Positions 40,693-57,980 of a stretch of DNA of 64,000 nt are shown here, one piece after another. The stretch lies in NCBI RefSeq assembly GCF_009914755.1, contig NC_060929.1. One strand, written 5' to 3'. Position numbers and translations under genes: made by a program. The stretch's first letter is position 1. Every line of letters starts with the position of its first letter. This DNA comes from the human T2T-CHM13v2.0 reference genome, Homo sapiens. The notes beneath the pieces are model-generated. The model did not search any database. It was given only the letters and a program-made list of their open reading frames with translations, and was not told the DNA's origin.

Positions 40693-41887
40693 TCCTAAAA
40701 ACTGGAACCTTCAGAAACATGGGATTTTCAGAGTATATCATTTTTTCCATCAATGTTAAATTGCAACACAATGTCATAATGTGGTCTTGAATTTGTAAAA
40801 TAAAATGTGTCATATATATTTTTTTCTTATTTTCTTTCCTAGTAAGATGATGGAATAATTAGGAAGTTGGTGTCTATTCTTGTAAGGAGCTGTTTTAAAG
40901 AGTATACATACATATATTTTAATGTAATTTAATTTCTTATATCATTTAAATATAATTCTGCGATTTAAAACATTGTATATATTTTTGTCAATAAAAATAC
41001 ATATGATTCCATGGGAGAAGGAATAGATAAGGTTTTTCTTTCCTGAACTTTTGGAAAATAATCTTTACTCTGATTTAAATAGTGTAGCTGATTATCTGAT
41101 TTTAGTGTAATTATTTCACATACACAATTTTGTTCGCATTTTAAATGAGCAGTTAAGCACTCCTAATTTACAATTATAATGAAATATTAATTAACTTGCT
41201 AAACATTTATATTTTATGTCTTAGTCCATTTAGAAGAGTGGATTTAAAAGTATTTCCCTATGTTTTATATAATAATTGAGCTTTTGTAAATAATTGTGAA
41301 ATGCTTTTCTTTAAAATGTTTTGCATGATTCCAGAAAAATTATTAGGATAAATATTGATCATCCTGTTTCAGACATTTTATTAATGAAATATTATAAAAA
41401 GACCATATATGTAATTAGGTATACTTTTCCGCACGTTTCTTAGACGCATTTTGGTTAATGGCAAATGCCAACATTAAGCAGACATTGACATGATTATCTA
41501 CATGTTTACAACATATGCTGTTTGTTCTTGCAATGTATTTGCTGAAGTTCTCTTAAATGGAAGCAATGACGTATTGTGCACAGAATAGAGTAAAACACAG
41601 TGAACTGTTCATAATGAGTTACTAGTGGGACTTGCAGATGTTGGTGTAAATTATGCCTAGATTTAGTTATTTTTTTTTTATTATTATACTTTAAGTTTTA
41701 GGGTACATGTGCACAACGTGCAGGTTAGTTACATATGTATACCTGTGCCATGCTGGTGTGCTGCACCCATCAACCCGTCATCTAACATTAGATATATCTC
41801 CCAGTGCTATCCCTCCTGCCTCCCCCGACCCCACAACAGTCCCCAGAGTGTGATGTTCCCCTTCCTGTGTCCATGTGTTCTCATTGT

Positions 41888-45714
<3,827 letters not shown>

Positions 45715-45777
45715 TATGATGTTAGCTGGTTAGTTTGCTCGTTAGTTGATGCAGTTTCTTCCTAGCCTCGATGGTCT

Positions 45778-46793
45778 TTACAATTTGGCATGTTTTTGCA
45801 GTGGCTGGTACCGGTTGTTCCTTTCCATGTTTAGTGCTTCTTCAGGAGCTCTTTTAGGGCAGGCCTGGTGGTGACAAAATCTCTCAGCATTTGCTTGTCT
45901 GTAAAGTATTTTATTTCTCCTTCATTTATGAAACTTAGTTTGGCTGGATATGAAATTCTGGGTTGAAAATTCTTTTCTTTAAGAATGTTGAATATTGGCC
46001 CCCACTCTCTTCTGGCTTGTAGAGTTTCTGCCGAGAGATCAGCTGTTAGTCTGATGGGCTTCCCTTTGTGGGTAACCCGACCTTTCTCTCTGGCTGCCCT
46101 TAACCTTTTTTCCTTCATTTCAACTTTGGTGAGTCTGACAATTATGTGTCTTGGAGTTGCTCTTCTCGAGGAGTATCTTTGTGGCGTTCTCTGTATTGCC
46201 TGAATCTGAACGTTGGCCTGCCTTGCTAGATTGGGGAAGTTCTCCTGGATAATATCCTGCAGAGTGTTTTCCATCTTGGTTCCATTCTCCCCGTCACTTT
46301 CATGTACCGCAATCGGATGTAGATTTGGTCTTTTCAGATAGTCCCATATTTCTTGGAGGCTTTGTTCGTTTCTTTTTATTCTTTTTTCTCTAAACTTCTC
46401 TTCTCGCTTCATTTCATTCTTTTCGTCTTCCATCGCTGATACCCTTTCTTCCAGTTGATCGAATCAGCTACTGAGGCTTGTGTATTCGTCACGTGGTTCT
46501 CGTGCCGTGGTTTTCAGCTCCATCAGGTCCTTTAAGGACTTCTCTGCATTGGTTATTCTAGTTAGCCATTCGTCTAATCTTTTTTCAAGGTATTTAACTT
46601 CTTTGTCATGGGTTTGAACTTCCTCCTTTAGCTGGGAGTAGTTTGATTGTCTGAAGCCTTCTTCTCTCAACCTGTCAAAGTCATTCTCTGTGCAGCTTTG
46701 TTCCGTTGCTGGTGAGGAACTGCGTTCCTTTGGAGGAGGAGAGGCACTCTGATTTTTAGAATTTTCAGTTTTTCTGCTCTGTTTTTTCCCCAT
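45778..46793 (-). pseudogene. L1 ORF1p, disrupted
   Basis: Starts MGKKQSRKTENSKNQSASPPPKERSSSPATEQS; premature stop at 46464-46466; frameshift near 45840. Confidence 0.95.
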
Positions 46794-47437
46794 CTTTGTG
46801 CTTTTACCTACCTTTGGTCTTAGATGATGGTAACATACAGATGGGGTTTTGGTGTGGATGTCCTTTCTGTTTGTTAGTTTTCCTTCTAACAGTCAGGACC
46901 CTCAGCTGCAGGTCTGTTGGAGTTTGCTGGAGGTCCACTCCAGACCCTGTTTGCCTGGATATCAGCAGCGGAGGCTGCACAACAGCGGATATTGGTGAAC
47001 AGCAAATGTTGCTGCCTGATCATTCCTCTGGAAGTTTTGTCTCAGAGGAGTACCCGGCCGTGTGAGGTATCAGTCTGCCCCTACTTGGGGGTGCCTCCCA
47101 GTTAGGCTACTCGGGGTCAGGGACGCACTTGAGGAGGCAGTCTGTCTGTTCTCAGATCTCCAGCTATGTTCTGGGAGAACCACTACTCTCTTCAAATCTG
47201 TCAGACAGGGACATTTCTAGATTTAGTTTTTAATGTTTCCCTGGTGTTACACTGAATAAAGCATGAGAAGTCACTGGAAAAGAATGGAAAATAACTCGGC
47301 CTTGAGATTAATTTTCTGGGAAATCTGTAAGCCTGATATTGAAAGTGCATTATAAATACTATTTATAATATTTCTTAATCATTTTCCCTTCTTGTACATT
47401 CTATATTAACTTAGGTACAAGATCTAAAGGCATATAC

Positions 47438-47530
47438 CCTTTCCTTTCCTTTCCTTTCCTTTCCTTTCCTTTCTTCCTTCCTTCCTTCCTTCTTTTCTCT
47501 CTGTCTTTCTGTCTCTCTTTTTCTCTCTTT
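47438..47530. repeat. Compound pyrimidine microsatellite (CCTTT)n(CCTT)n(CT)n at an Alu tail
   Basis: Read directly; abuts the 3' end of the Alu. Confidence 0.9.
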
Positions 47531-47532
47531 CT

Positions 47533-47835
47533 CTCTTTTTCTCTTCCTTACATGATGGAGTCTTGCCCTGTGGCCCAAGCTGGAGTGCAGTGGTGTAATC
47601 TTGGCTCACTGCAACCTCTGCCTCTCAGGTTCAAGCGATTCTCCTGCCTCATACTCCTGAGTAGCTGGGATTACAGCCACCCGCCACCACACCCATCTAA
47701 TTTTTGTATTTTTATTAGAGACAGGGTTTCACCATGTTAGCCAGGGTGGTCTTGAACTCCTGACCTCAGGCAGTCTGCCCGCCTTGGCCTCCCAAAGTGC
47801 TGAGATTACAGGCATGATCCACTGTGCCCAGCTGA
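47533..47835 (-). mobile_element. Alu (AluS-like)
   Basis: Full reverse Alu consensus. Confidence 0.95.
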
Positions 47836-48061
47836 CATACACTTTTTCTTCGTTTTATTGATTTCATTTTTTAAAACTATCTCCTATTTTAAGGAAATTA
47901 TGTCACTTCCCAAATCATACAACTTTGATAACAAAATTCATGAGGAGTGTTTGATTGAATCAATGCATTTAGAATGACACAATTACCAATATAAATATTA
48001 TTACAAAATGTAAATAGGGTTTGTACATTATAGTGTTCAATCTCTTTGTTCACCTTTACTG

Positions 48062-48247
48062 TTTTTTATTTGTTTGTTTTCTTTTTTTTTTTTTTTGAGA
48101 CAGCACCTTGTTCTGTCACCTAGGCTGGAGTGCAGTAGAATGATAAGGATCCACCGCAGCCTCAGCCTCCTAGGCTCAAGTGATCCACCAACCTCAGCCT
48201 TCTAAGTAGCTGAGACTGCAGGCATGCATCCCCATGCCCGCTAATTT

Positions 48248-48293
<46 letters not shown>

Positions 48294-48395
48294 AGAGACA
48301 CAAGGTCTCCTTATTTTTTCTAGGCTGGTCTCTAATTCCTGAGTTCAAGTGATTCTCTCACCTTAGCCTTCCAAAATGCTGGTATTACAAGCCAT
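48062..48395 (-). mobile_element. Alu (AluJ-like) whose central A-rich linker is replaced by (TG)21 at 48251-48292
   Basis: Alu arms flank the TG array. Confidence 0.9.
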
Positions 48396-48528
48396 CTTTA
48401 CATTTAATTCATATGTGGAAAACACATAGTGTTCAGTTTTCCAAGGATAATTTTTGTAACTATTACTGGTTTTTGCTTATTTGTTTGGTTTTTAGTTTAA
48501 AAGCCATATTGATTGTGTTATAGACCAC

Positions 48529-49360
48529 TCTTTTAATTTATTTTTATTTCTATATGTTTTACTTTTTAAAATTTCAGTAGTTTTGGGAGTACAGGAGGTT
48601 TTTGTTACATGGATGAGTTGTTTCATAGTGAATTCTGAGATTTTAGTGCACCCATCACCTGAGCAGTGTACACCGTACCCAATGTAGTCTTTTATCCCTG
48701 CCCCTTGACATCGCCCATGAGTCCCCACAGTCCGTTATATCACTCTATATGTTTTGGGGTCCTCATAGCTTAGATCCCAGTTATAAGTGAGGACATATGG
48801 TATTTGGTTTTCCATTCCTGTGTTAGTTCACTTAGAATAATGGCCTCCAGTTCCATCCAAGTTGCTACAAAAGACATTATTTCATTCCTTTTTATGGCTT
48901 AGTAGTAGTCCATGGTGTTTATATACCACATTTTCTTAATCCACTTGTTGGCCGATGGACACTTAGTTTGGTTCCACATCCTCGGAATTGTTAATTGTGC
49001 TGCTATAAATGTGTGTGCAAGTGTCTTTTTCATATAATGACTTCTTTTCTTTTGGATAGATACAGAGCAGCAGAGTTGCTGGGTTGAATGGTAGATCTAC
49101 TTTCAGTTTTTTAAGGAATGTCTATATTATTTTCCATAGTGTTAGCACTAATTTACATTCCCACCAGCAGTGTAAAATGGTTCTCTTTTCACCACATCTA
49201 CACCAACATCAACTGTTTTTTTACTTTTTAATTATGGCCATTCTTGCAGAAATAAGGTGGTATATCATTGTGGTTTTATTTTGCATTTCCCTGATGATTA
49301 GTGATGTTGAACATTTTTTCATATGGTTGTTGGCTATTTGTAATCTTTTTTTGAGAAATG
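48529..49360 (-). mobile_element. L1PB-like 3' fragment
   Basis: 16-bp TSD TGATTGTGTTATAGAC at 48510-48525 and 49361-49376; ORF2 C-terminal remnant [15 protein letters not shown]. Confidence 0.9.
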
Positions 49361-50339
49361 TGATTGTGTTATAGACTACAGCATCGCTTTTACACTTTTT
49401 TCTTCTCATTTGACCAGTCTTTAATAAGTTGATACTGTTTATTTTTTTAATTTAAGCTTTTTATTTTGAGATCATTGTAGATTCTCATGCAGTTATAAGA
49501 AATGATGCAGAGAGATCCCATTTCTCTTTACCCAATTTCCTCCAGTGGTAACATCTTGAAAAACTACAGAATAAGATCATGATCAGAATATTGACATTGA
49601 TATAGGCAAGTTACAGAACAGCACCATTGCCACAAGGATCTCTCCTATTGCCCTTTTACAGCTATACCCACTTCTCTACTGTTGACATAGACTTCCTAGC
49701 CCCGGACAATCACTAATCTGTTTTCCATTTCTATAATTTATCTTTTCAAGATTGCTATATAAGCAGAATAAAATTATGTGTAATCTTTTGTGGTTAGGCT
49801 TTTTTCACTGAACATAATACTCTGGAGATTCATGCAGGTTATGATGTGTATCTATGGTTTATTCTTTTTTTTGCTAACCCATTTTCCATGGTATAGATGT
49901 ACCATAGTTTGTTTAAACATTCACCGGCTGAAGGACATTTGGGTTGTTTCTGGTTTTGCGCTATTATTAACAAAGCCACTATAAACATTTATGTAAATTT
50001 GTTGTGTGAATATAAATTTTTATTTCTCTACAATAAATGTCCAAGCATACAATTACTGGATCAAATGCCAGTTACATGTTTAGTTTTATAAGAGACTGTC
50101 AAATAGTTTTCCAGAGTGACTATATTATTTTCAGTCCTACCGTCAATGTATAAGTTATCTGGTTTCACTGCTTCCTCACCAGCATTTGATATCGTCACTA
50201 CTTTTTTCTAGTTATTCTGAGTGTAGTGCTACCTCATTGTGGTTTTAACTTGCATATCCCTGATGGCAATAATGTTTTAGCATCTTTTCATTTGCTTATA
50301 TGCTGTACACATAGCATCTCTGGGTCTGTTCATGTCTTT

Positions 50340-50420
50340 TATTTTTTTGTAGTGATGGGGTCTTGCTATGTTGCCCAGGCTGGTCTCAAACTCCTGGCCT
50401 TAATTGATCTTCTTGCCTTG
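50340..50420 (-). mobile_element. Alu/FLAM monomer fragment
   Basis: TTTTTTTGTAGTGATGGGGTCTTGCTATGTTGCCCAGGCTGGTCTCAAACTCCTGGCCT. Confidence 0.75.
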
Positions 50421-51316
50421 TCTGTTATGTCTTCTGTCCATTTTAAAATTTGGTTTTTCTTTTTGCTATTGAGTTTTGAGGGTTATTTATATATCTGATA
50501 TTAGTTCTTTGTCAGATATAGGGTTTGATAATATGTTCTCTCACATTGTATCTTGTCTTTTCTCCCTCTTCACGAGGTCTTTCTTAGAGCAAAAGTTTTA
50601 AATTTAATGAAGTTCAGTTTATCAATTTGCAAATTTTATGAATCAGGCTATTGGTGTTAAGTATAAGAACCTAGCCCTAAATTCTGAAGGTCTTCCTCTA
50701 TCTTTTCCCTTATATTTTACATTTAATTCTGTAATCTATTTTGAGTTAATTTTTGTATACAGTGTGAGGCATAGGTTGAGGTGTGTCGTTTTGCTTAAGG
50801 ATGTCCATTTGCTCAGCACCATTTAGTGAAAAAACTAGCTTTCTTCCATTGAGTTGCTTTTGGTCCTTTATAAAAAAATCAGTTCTCCACCTTTTTGTTG
50901 TACTATTTATGGATCTGTATTCTGTTCCATTGTTCTGTGTGTCTGTCCTTCTGCTGTTACCACATAGTGTTGATTACTGTAGCCACGTAAGTCTTGAAAC
51001 TGTATAGATTGATTCTTCCCACTATATTCTTTTTCAAAATGGCTTTCGCTATTATAATTTATGTATTTTTTTCATTTCAAAATAAAACTTTAGGCTAATT
51101 GTGTCAATATCTACTATACTGCTGGAGTTAGAGAAATTGTATACTTTCGAGCATAATTAAAAACTTTACAATGTTAAATCTTCTTATCCATGAACATGAT
51201 TGTCTATTTATTTGATCATGTTAGATTTATTTCATTGTCATTTTGTAGTTTTAAATGTACAAGTCATGTGTATGTTTTGTTAGATTTCTACCTATTTTTT
51301 TGAGTGATTGTAAATA

Positions 51317-51621
51317 CATTAGTCTCTTGGTATCCATGGAGCATTGGTTCCACATCCCCTGAGAATACCAAAATTTGTTGATGCTGAAGTTTCATATATA
51401 AAATGGTATGGTATTTGCATATAACCTACACACAGCCTCCATCTGTAGATTACTTATAATACTTAGTACAATGCCTACAATATCACTTCATTCATGTGGA
51501 TTCAAAATAGTGCTCAGCACATGGAAAATTCAAGTTTAGGTTTTTGGACTTTGTGGAATTTCTTTCCATAAATATTTTCCATTCACAGTTGGATGAATCC
51601 ACAGATACAGAAGACTGACTG
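51317..51621. mobile_element. MER2 (TcMar-Tigger MITE)
   Basis: Degenerate TIRs CATTAGTCTCTTGGTATCC and GATACAGAAGACTGACTG, flanked by TA on both sides. Confidence 0.75.
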
Positions 51622-53377
51622 TAGTATGTTATTTTTAATTTTGGTATCTATCTGCTCATTGCTAGTGTAGAGAGATATATATGATTACCTTGTATTCTGT
51701 GACTTTTCTATTATTTAGGATATTTTATGTAGACAATCGTACCCTTTGCAAATACAGTTTTACTGCTTCCTTTCTAATTTGTATGACTTTTATATCCTTT
51801 TCTTGCATTATTCCCTTGAATAGAATATGTTCAATAAGAGTGGTGAGATTGAATATCCTTTTCTTTGCCCAATTTTGGGGGGAATGTGTTTATTCTTTCA
51901 CTGTTTAAATTAAATTAAAATTAAATTATTAGCTGTAGTTTTTTTTTGTAGATGCTCTGTGTCAACTTAAAGAAGTTTCTCAGTATTTTTACTTTTCTGA
52001 AAATTTTTATCCTGAATGGATGTGGAATTTTCACAAATATTTTCACCAATTGATACGATTATGTGATTTTTCTTCTTTAGCTTTTTAATATGGTTGATTA
52101 AAAAAGTATTACATCCCTTGATTAAATGCTACTTGATCATGCTGTATAATTAATTTTGTATATAGCTCAATTCTATTTGGTAAAAACAATTGATAAGGAT
52201 TTTTGTATCTGTAGATATGGTGTGGACATTCCCACGTCTTCTATTTTCTAGAAAATATTGTATAAAATTTGTAGTAATTCTTCTATGAATGTTTAGTAGA
52301 ATTCCCCAGTGAAACCCTCTGGAACTGCAGATTTTCTTACTTGGGGATTTAAAAATTATTAATTCAATTTCCATAATGGTTATAGAGTTATTCAAATTAT
52401 TTATTTCATATTGGATATGGTGAGGTAGTTTATGTTTTTCAAGGAACTGATGTATTTCATGTAAGTTGCCAAATTTATGTTTGTAGAGTTGTTTTTAGTA
52501 TTCCCTTCTCATTGTTTAGATATCTTCAAGACTTGTAGTGATATTCCCAGTTTCATTCATAGTATTGGTAATTTGTATCTTCTCTCTTGTTTTCTTTGTC
52601 GATCTTTTTCGAGATTTGTAAATTTATTTTTTTTTGAAGAAAAAGGGCTCTATATTTGATTTATTTTGATTTTGTCTATATTGTTTTTGATTTTATTGGT
52701 TTTTGCTCCTATATTTATTGCTAACTTCCTTCTGCTTGCTTTGGTTTATTTTTCTCTTCCTAGGCTCTTGAAGTAGATGCTTAGATTATTGATTTTAGAT
52801 TTTTTTCTCTTAACTAATTTAAGTGTGCAGTGCTACACATTTCCCACTCAGCACTGCTTTAGCTGTTCTCCACATATAGTGACTTGTTGTATTTTCACTT
52901 TTACACAGTTCAGTGTATTTTTTAATTTTCCTTGAGATTTATTCTTTTACCTGTGAATTATTTGAAAGGGTGTTGTATAGTTTCCACCAGTTTAGAGATT
53001 TTAATGTTCTCTTTTTGTTATTAATTTCTAATTTGATTCTGTTGAAGTAAGAGAACAGACTCTGTTATGATTTCAATTCTAATAAAGTAGCTGAGGCTTG
53101 TTTCACGGCTCAGAATATGGTCTATTTTTGTATATGTTTCACGGACACTTAAGAAGAATGTGCATTCTGCTCTTTCAAGGAGTGTTGCACAGATATTGAT
53201 TAGATTCTATTGGCTCATGGTACTGTTTACTTCTTCTGTATCCTTGCTGTATGTTTCTAGTTACCCCGTCAGTTTTGAGGAAGGAATGTTGAACTGTTCA
53301 ACTATAATTGTGTTTTTTTTTTTCTCGTTTTCCTTTTAGTTCTATCAGTTTTTGCTTCCCCTGTTTTGATGAACTGA

Positions 53378-53684
53378 TTTTTTTTTTTTTTTTTTTTTTT
53401 TTTGGAGATGGAGTCTCACGCTATCACCTGAGCTGGAGTGCAATGGCGTGATCTTGGTTCACTGCAACCTCCGTCTCCTGGTTCACACGATTCTCCTGCC
53501 TCAGCCTCCCAAGTAGCTGGGATTACAGGTGCACACCACCACACCCAGCTAATTTTTTGTATTTTTAGTACAGACGGGGTTTCACTATGTTGGCCAGACT
53601 GGTCTCGAACTCCTGACCCTGTGATCTGCCCACCTCAGCCTCCCAAAGTCCTGGGATTACAGGCGTGAGCCACAGCTCCCGACT
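53378..53684 (-). mobile_element. Alu (AluS-like) with long poly-T
   Basis: Reverse Alu; flanks TGAACTGATT and TGAATTGATT. Confidence 0.95.
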
Positions 53685-54257
53685 GAATTGATTCTTTTAT
53701 TACATAATATTTGTCTCTCCTCAGAAATGAACATTATATAATGATAACATAGACAACATTGTATAAAAATAACATATCATATTATTTAATATTATCATAT
53801 ACATAACATTATATATATTTTTTTATTTGAAATTTACCTGCTCTAATATTAATATAGTCATTCTTGCTTTTTGATTAATGTCTGCATGGCATATCTTCTC
53901 CCATCTTTAATTCCTGTCTATATCATTATATTGATGTGAGTTTTTAATAGACAGAATATAGTCATCCATTTTACTAACTCTCTCTTTTAATTGATGTATT
54001 TAGGCTATTCACATTTAATATAATTATTAATATGTTAAGGTTTATGTATGCCATTTTAATTTTTGTTTTTGTGTTTGTTTTGTTTTTGGCATTCCTTCTC
54101 TCTGTTTTCTTCATCCTGACTTCTTGTGGGTTACTTGAAAATTTTTAGAATTTTATTTTTACTTATTATTTAGAGATCTATTTTGACATCTGTTTTCTGT
54201 GTTTGTCCTTTTATAGAGTCTTTTTGGGTAGTTTTTCTAACAGTTTTCCTAGGTATT

Positions 54258-54370
54258 ACATTATATATATGATATATGTGTGTGTATATATATAAAAATA
54301 CCTATGTTATATATATACACATACATATATACATATACATATATATCTATAAATGTATATATATATATAA
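54258..54370. repeat. (TA)/(CATA) low-complexity repeat
   Basis: Read directly. Confidence 0.85.
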
Positions 54371-55059
54371 AACTTACCACAGTCTTCTTGTATTGCCATT
54401 TTGTCAGTTTAAATGAAGTATGGAAACCTTAAAACTCCTTTTACTTCCCTTTACTTTCTTTCATTTATATTATATTTGCTTTAACTATTTCTCTACATAT
54501 ATGTAGAAGCGCATCAGACAGTGCCATACTTTCTTTTTCAACCATTAAACATAAGAGAGAAAGCTCAAGAGGAAAGGAATTGCATTTATCCGTATTTTTG
54601 TTTACTATGTTCTTCCAGATGTTCGAAGGCTGTTTTTTTTTTCTTTCCTTTTTTGTTTAAAGAACTTTCTTTAGTCATTCTTTTAGGAAAGGTCGTCTAG
54701 TGACCAGTTCTCTTATTTTTTATTTGTTTGTTTTTAATCCAAGAACATCTTGATTACTCTTTCTTCTTTAAGGATATTTTCACTGTTTATAGGATTCTAG
54801 GTAGCTAGTTCTTTTCTCTTAGCATTTAAAAATGGTATGGCATTTTCTTCTTGTCTCCATGGTTTCTAATAAAAATTTCTGCTGTCTTTTAAATTATATT
54901 TTTCCCTGTAGATAATATGTTATTTTTCTCTTACTACTTTAAAGATTATTTCTCTTTGTCTTTAGTTTTGGAGGTTGATTATGAGGTATCTTAGTTTGGA
55001 TTTCTTCAGATTTATCCTATTTGGGGTTTTCTCAGTTTCTTCAATCTGTAGGTTTGTAA

Positions 55060-55323
<264 letters not shown>

Positions 55324-57703
55324 TAATCACTTTTTAAGCCCTACCCTCTTTCTCAACTCTCCTAGAACTCCAGTGACATGAATATTAGCTCTTTGATTAT
55401 GGTCCATGGATTCCCGAGTCTCTTTTTGTTGTTGTTTTCAGGCTAGTTTCTCTCTGTTGTTCACATTGGATGATTTCTACTTCTATTGTTATATCTTCAA
55501 TTCATGGATTCTTCTGTTTCTTCTGTTCTGCTATTGATTCTATTCCCTGGGGTTTTAATTTTGATTTTTGTATTTTCCACCACTATAACTTACATTTGAC
55601 TCCTCTCTATATCTTATATCTTTGCTGAGGCTTTCTTTTTCTTTTCTACTTCTATTATTTTGTTTCAACATGTTTATAATTATTCTTTGAAGCATTTTCT
55701 GTGACAGCTGCTTTAAAACCTTTGACACCTCTGTCATCAAGCTGTTGATATCTACTGATTATCTTTTTTTTTTTCCATTTCATTTGGGATCTTCCTGGTT
55801 CTTGGTGTGATGAGTGATTCAAAATAAAACCTGGACATTTTAGGTATTACATTATGAGAGTCTCGGAAGGTGGTGTAACATGTCACTACTCCCAGGAACG
55901 TATAGAAGCTCAGTTTCCCAACACTCTTCTGTTAACACTGGAAAGAGGGAAAGTAGAGTGGAGGAGTGAAGCTACTTTTTACTGTTTTTTGAGTATTAAC
56001 CTCCAGTCTCTCTCCTTACTCAGCTTTTTCTGATACCATGCCAATGTGGAGTGGAGGTGCTTCTTTACAGTTTCTTGAGGGTTAGACTCTAGCCTACCCT
56101 CTTGTCTTTTGCTGGTGCACATGAGGGTGGGACTCCAGTTTTTCTGTGCTGTTTGCTGGGATTAGAACAACAATAGTCTGAAAGTTTTCTGTCTTGCTAG
56201 ACTGTTTCTTTTCTCAAGCCTTATGATATTTCCAGGTTACTAGTTTCTTCAGCTACAAGTCTGGAATACATTAGGCAAAAAGAAAACCCAAGGGAACTCA
56301 CCATCTCTTTTTTTTGGCTGGGGATTGGTTCTTGAAGTCCCTAGCTTGTCTTTCTTCTTCTATCACCCTTTCGAAGTGTCTTATCTTAGTGTGATATATA
56401 ATGTCCAGGGTTTTTAGTTGTACTTTGTGGAAGTTAAAGACGAGATTACATTTAGTGCGTCTGTCTGGAAGCAGAATCGTTAATGCCTTCCATTTTAAGA
56501 CCAAAACATTAAACTTATTCTGTATTTGATAATGAAGACATGAATGTCCTAAAAAATAAAATTTTGCCTAAAATGTTAAATTTTATGTCATGAATCTCAA
56601 AAGTATGGCAGGTGCCAAAGAGAAGCATTTATTCTTGATTTCTTGCCTATTCCAAATTAGATAATGGAAACACCACATGGAAAACTTATTCTTTTTTATA
56701 AGATTTTGATATCCTGTCAGTATCACTAAATAAAATCCAAACTTTCAAATTTTACTAAAGGACATAACATGTTTTATTTTCTGTTATTAAAATAACACAT
56801 TGTTAAGCATGACAAAGTAAATCCATGAGGAGATAATCATAATTTATTAAGTTCTTGCTATATCCTATAAATTTTATGTTTTTTCTTTTTTTATCTTATA
56901 AATTAGATAGAATTTAATTATTGGATAACACTCCCTTTTTTGTTTTTTTCTGATCTTATTCCTATATAACAACTCAGAATACTTAAAAAAGGAAGCGACT
57001 ATTAAATGAAATACAACAGAAATATAAAATGATAGATTAAGTATTTTCTCCTAAAGAATTCAGGGAGGAAACATTTAACTTCAGAAGCATAAAGTTTTTT
57101 AATTTAAAATAATACAAAAGGTTTTGCAGGAATATATAAAGCAAAGGTGAAAAGGCTTAGAAAAATGCGTAGCATTAATTTAATGACAAAATCCTCAGAA
57201 TTGGGCTTAACTCTTTGTAGGTGTCACATTTAATTTAATAACACAAATTAATTGGAGAATTCTACCATTAATTTTTATGTGAAAATAGGTTTAAATATAC
57301 ATTGGAATATTATTGGAAAAGAGGGAGTATATCCATCAAAAGCTTAACTAGTTGCCAGATATTTCTTTTGTCTAGAAAGAAACAAAATGTGACTTGGAGA
57401 TATTAAACACACACACATACACACACACACACTCAAATAAATTGAATCTTGATGACGATAAAAGTAAAAATAAGTCTAGTTTTTTTGTAGTATATTAAAG
57501 AAGTAGTTGTTTGTCATCTTAGGGAACATCTTTTATAAACAACATTTTCCCTATGGTTTAAAAGATATTTACATTAAGATGGTATTTCTGTATTTTGGTG
57601 CAGATGTCATTCATAGAAATGAGTGGAACTATCCAAATTGAAAAATGAACACATAATGTAGTCCAGTTGCTCATAAAATAAGAAAAAGAAATGGCCAGTA
57701 TAT

Positions 57704-57980
57704 CAGCACTTTGGGAGGCTGAGGCGGGCAGATCACAAGGTCAGGAGACTGAGACCATCCTGGCTACCACAGTGAAACCCTGTCTCAACTAAAAATACAA
57801 AAAATTAGCCGGGCGTGGTGGCGGGTGCCTGTAGTCCCAGCTACTCAGGAGGCTGAGGCAGGAGAATGGTGTGCACCTGGCAGGAGGAGCTTGCAGTGAG
57901 CCGAGATCGCGCCACTGCGCTCCAGCCTGGGCGACAGAGCGATACTCCGTCTCAAAAAAAAAAAAAAAAAAAAAAAAAGA
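57704..57980 (+). mobile_element. AluY-like, slightly 5'-truncated
   Basis: GAGACCATCCTGGCTA, GGAGAATGG and GAGCTTGCAGTGAGCCGAGATCGCGCC diagnostics; many CpGs retained; long poly-A; imperfect TSD AAGAAATGGCCAGTATA / AAGAAATAGCTAGTATA. Confidence 0.93.
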
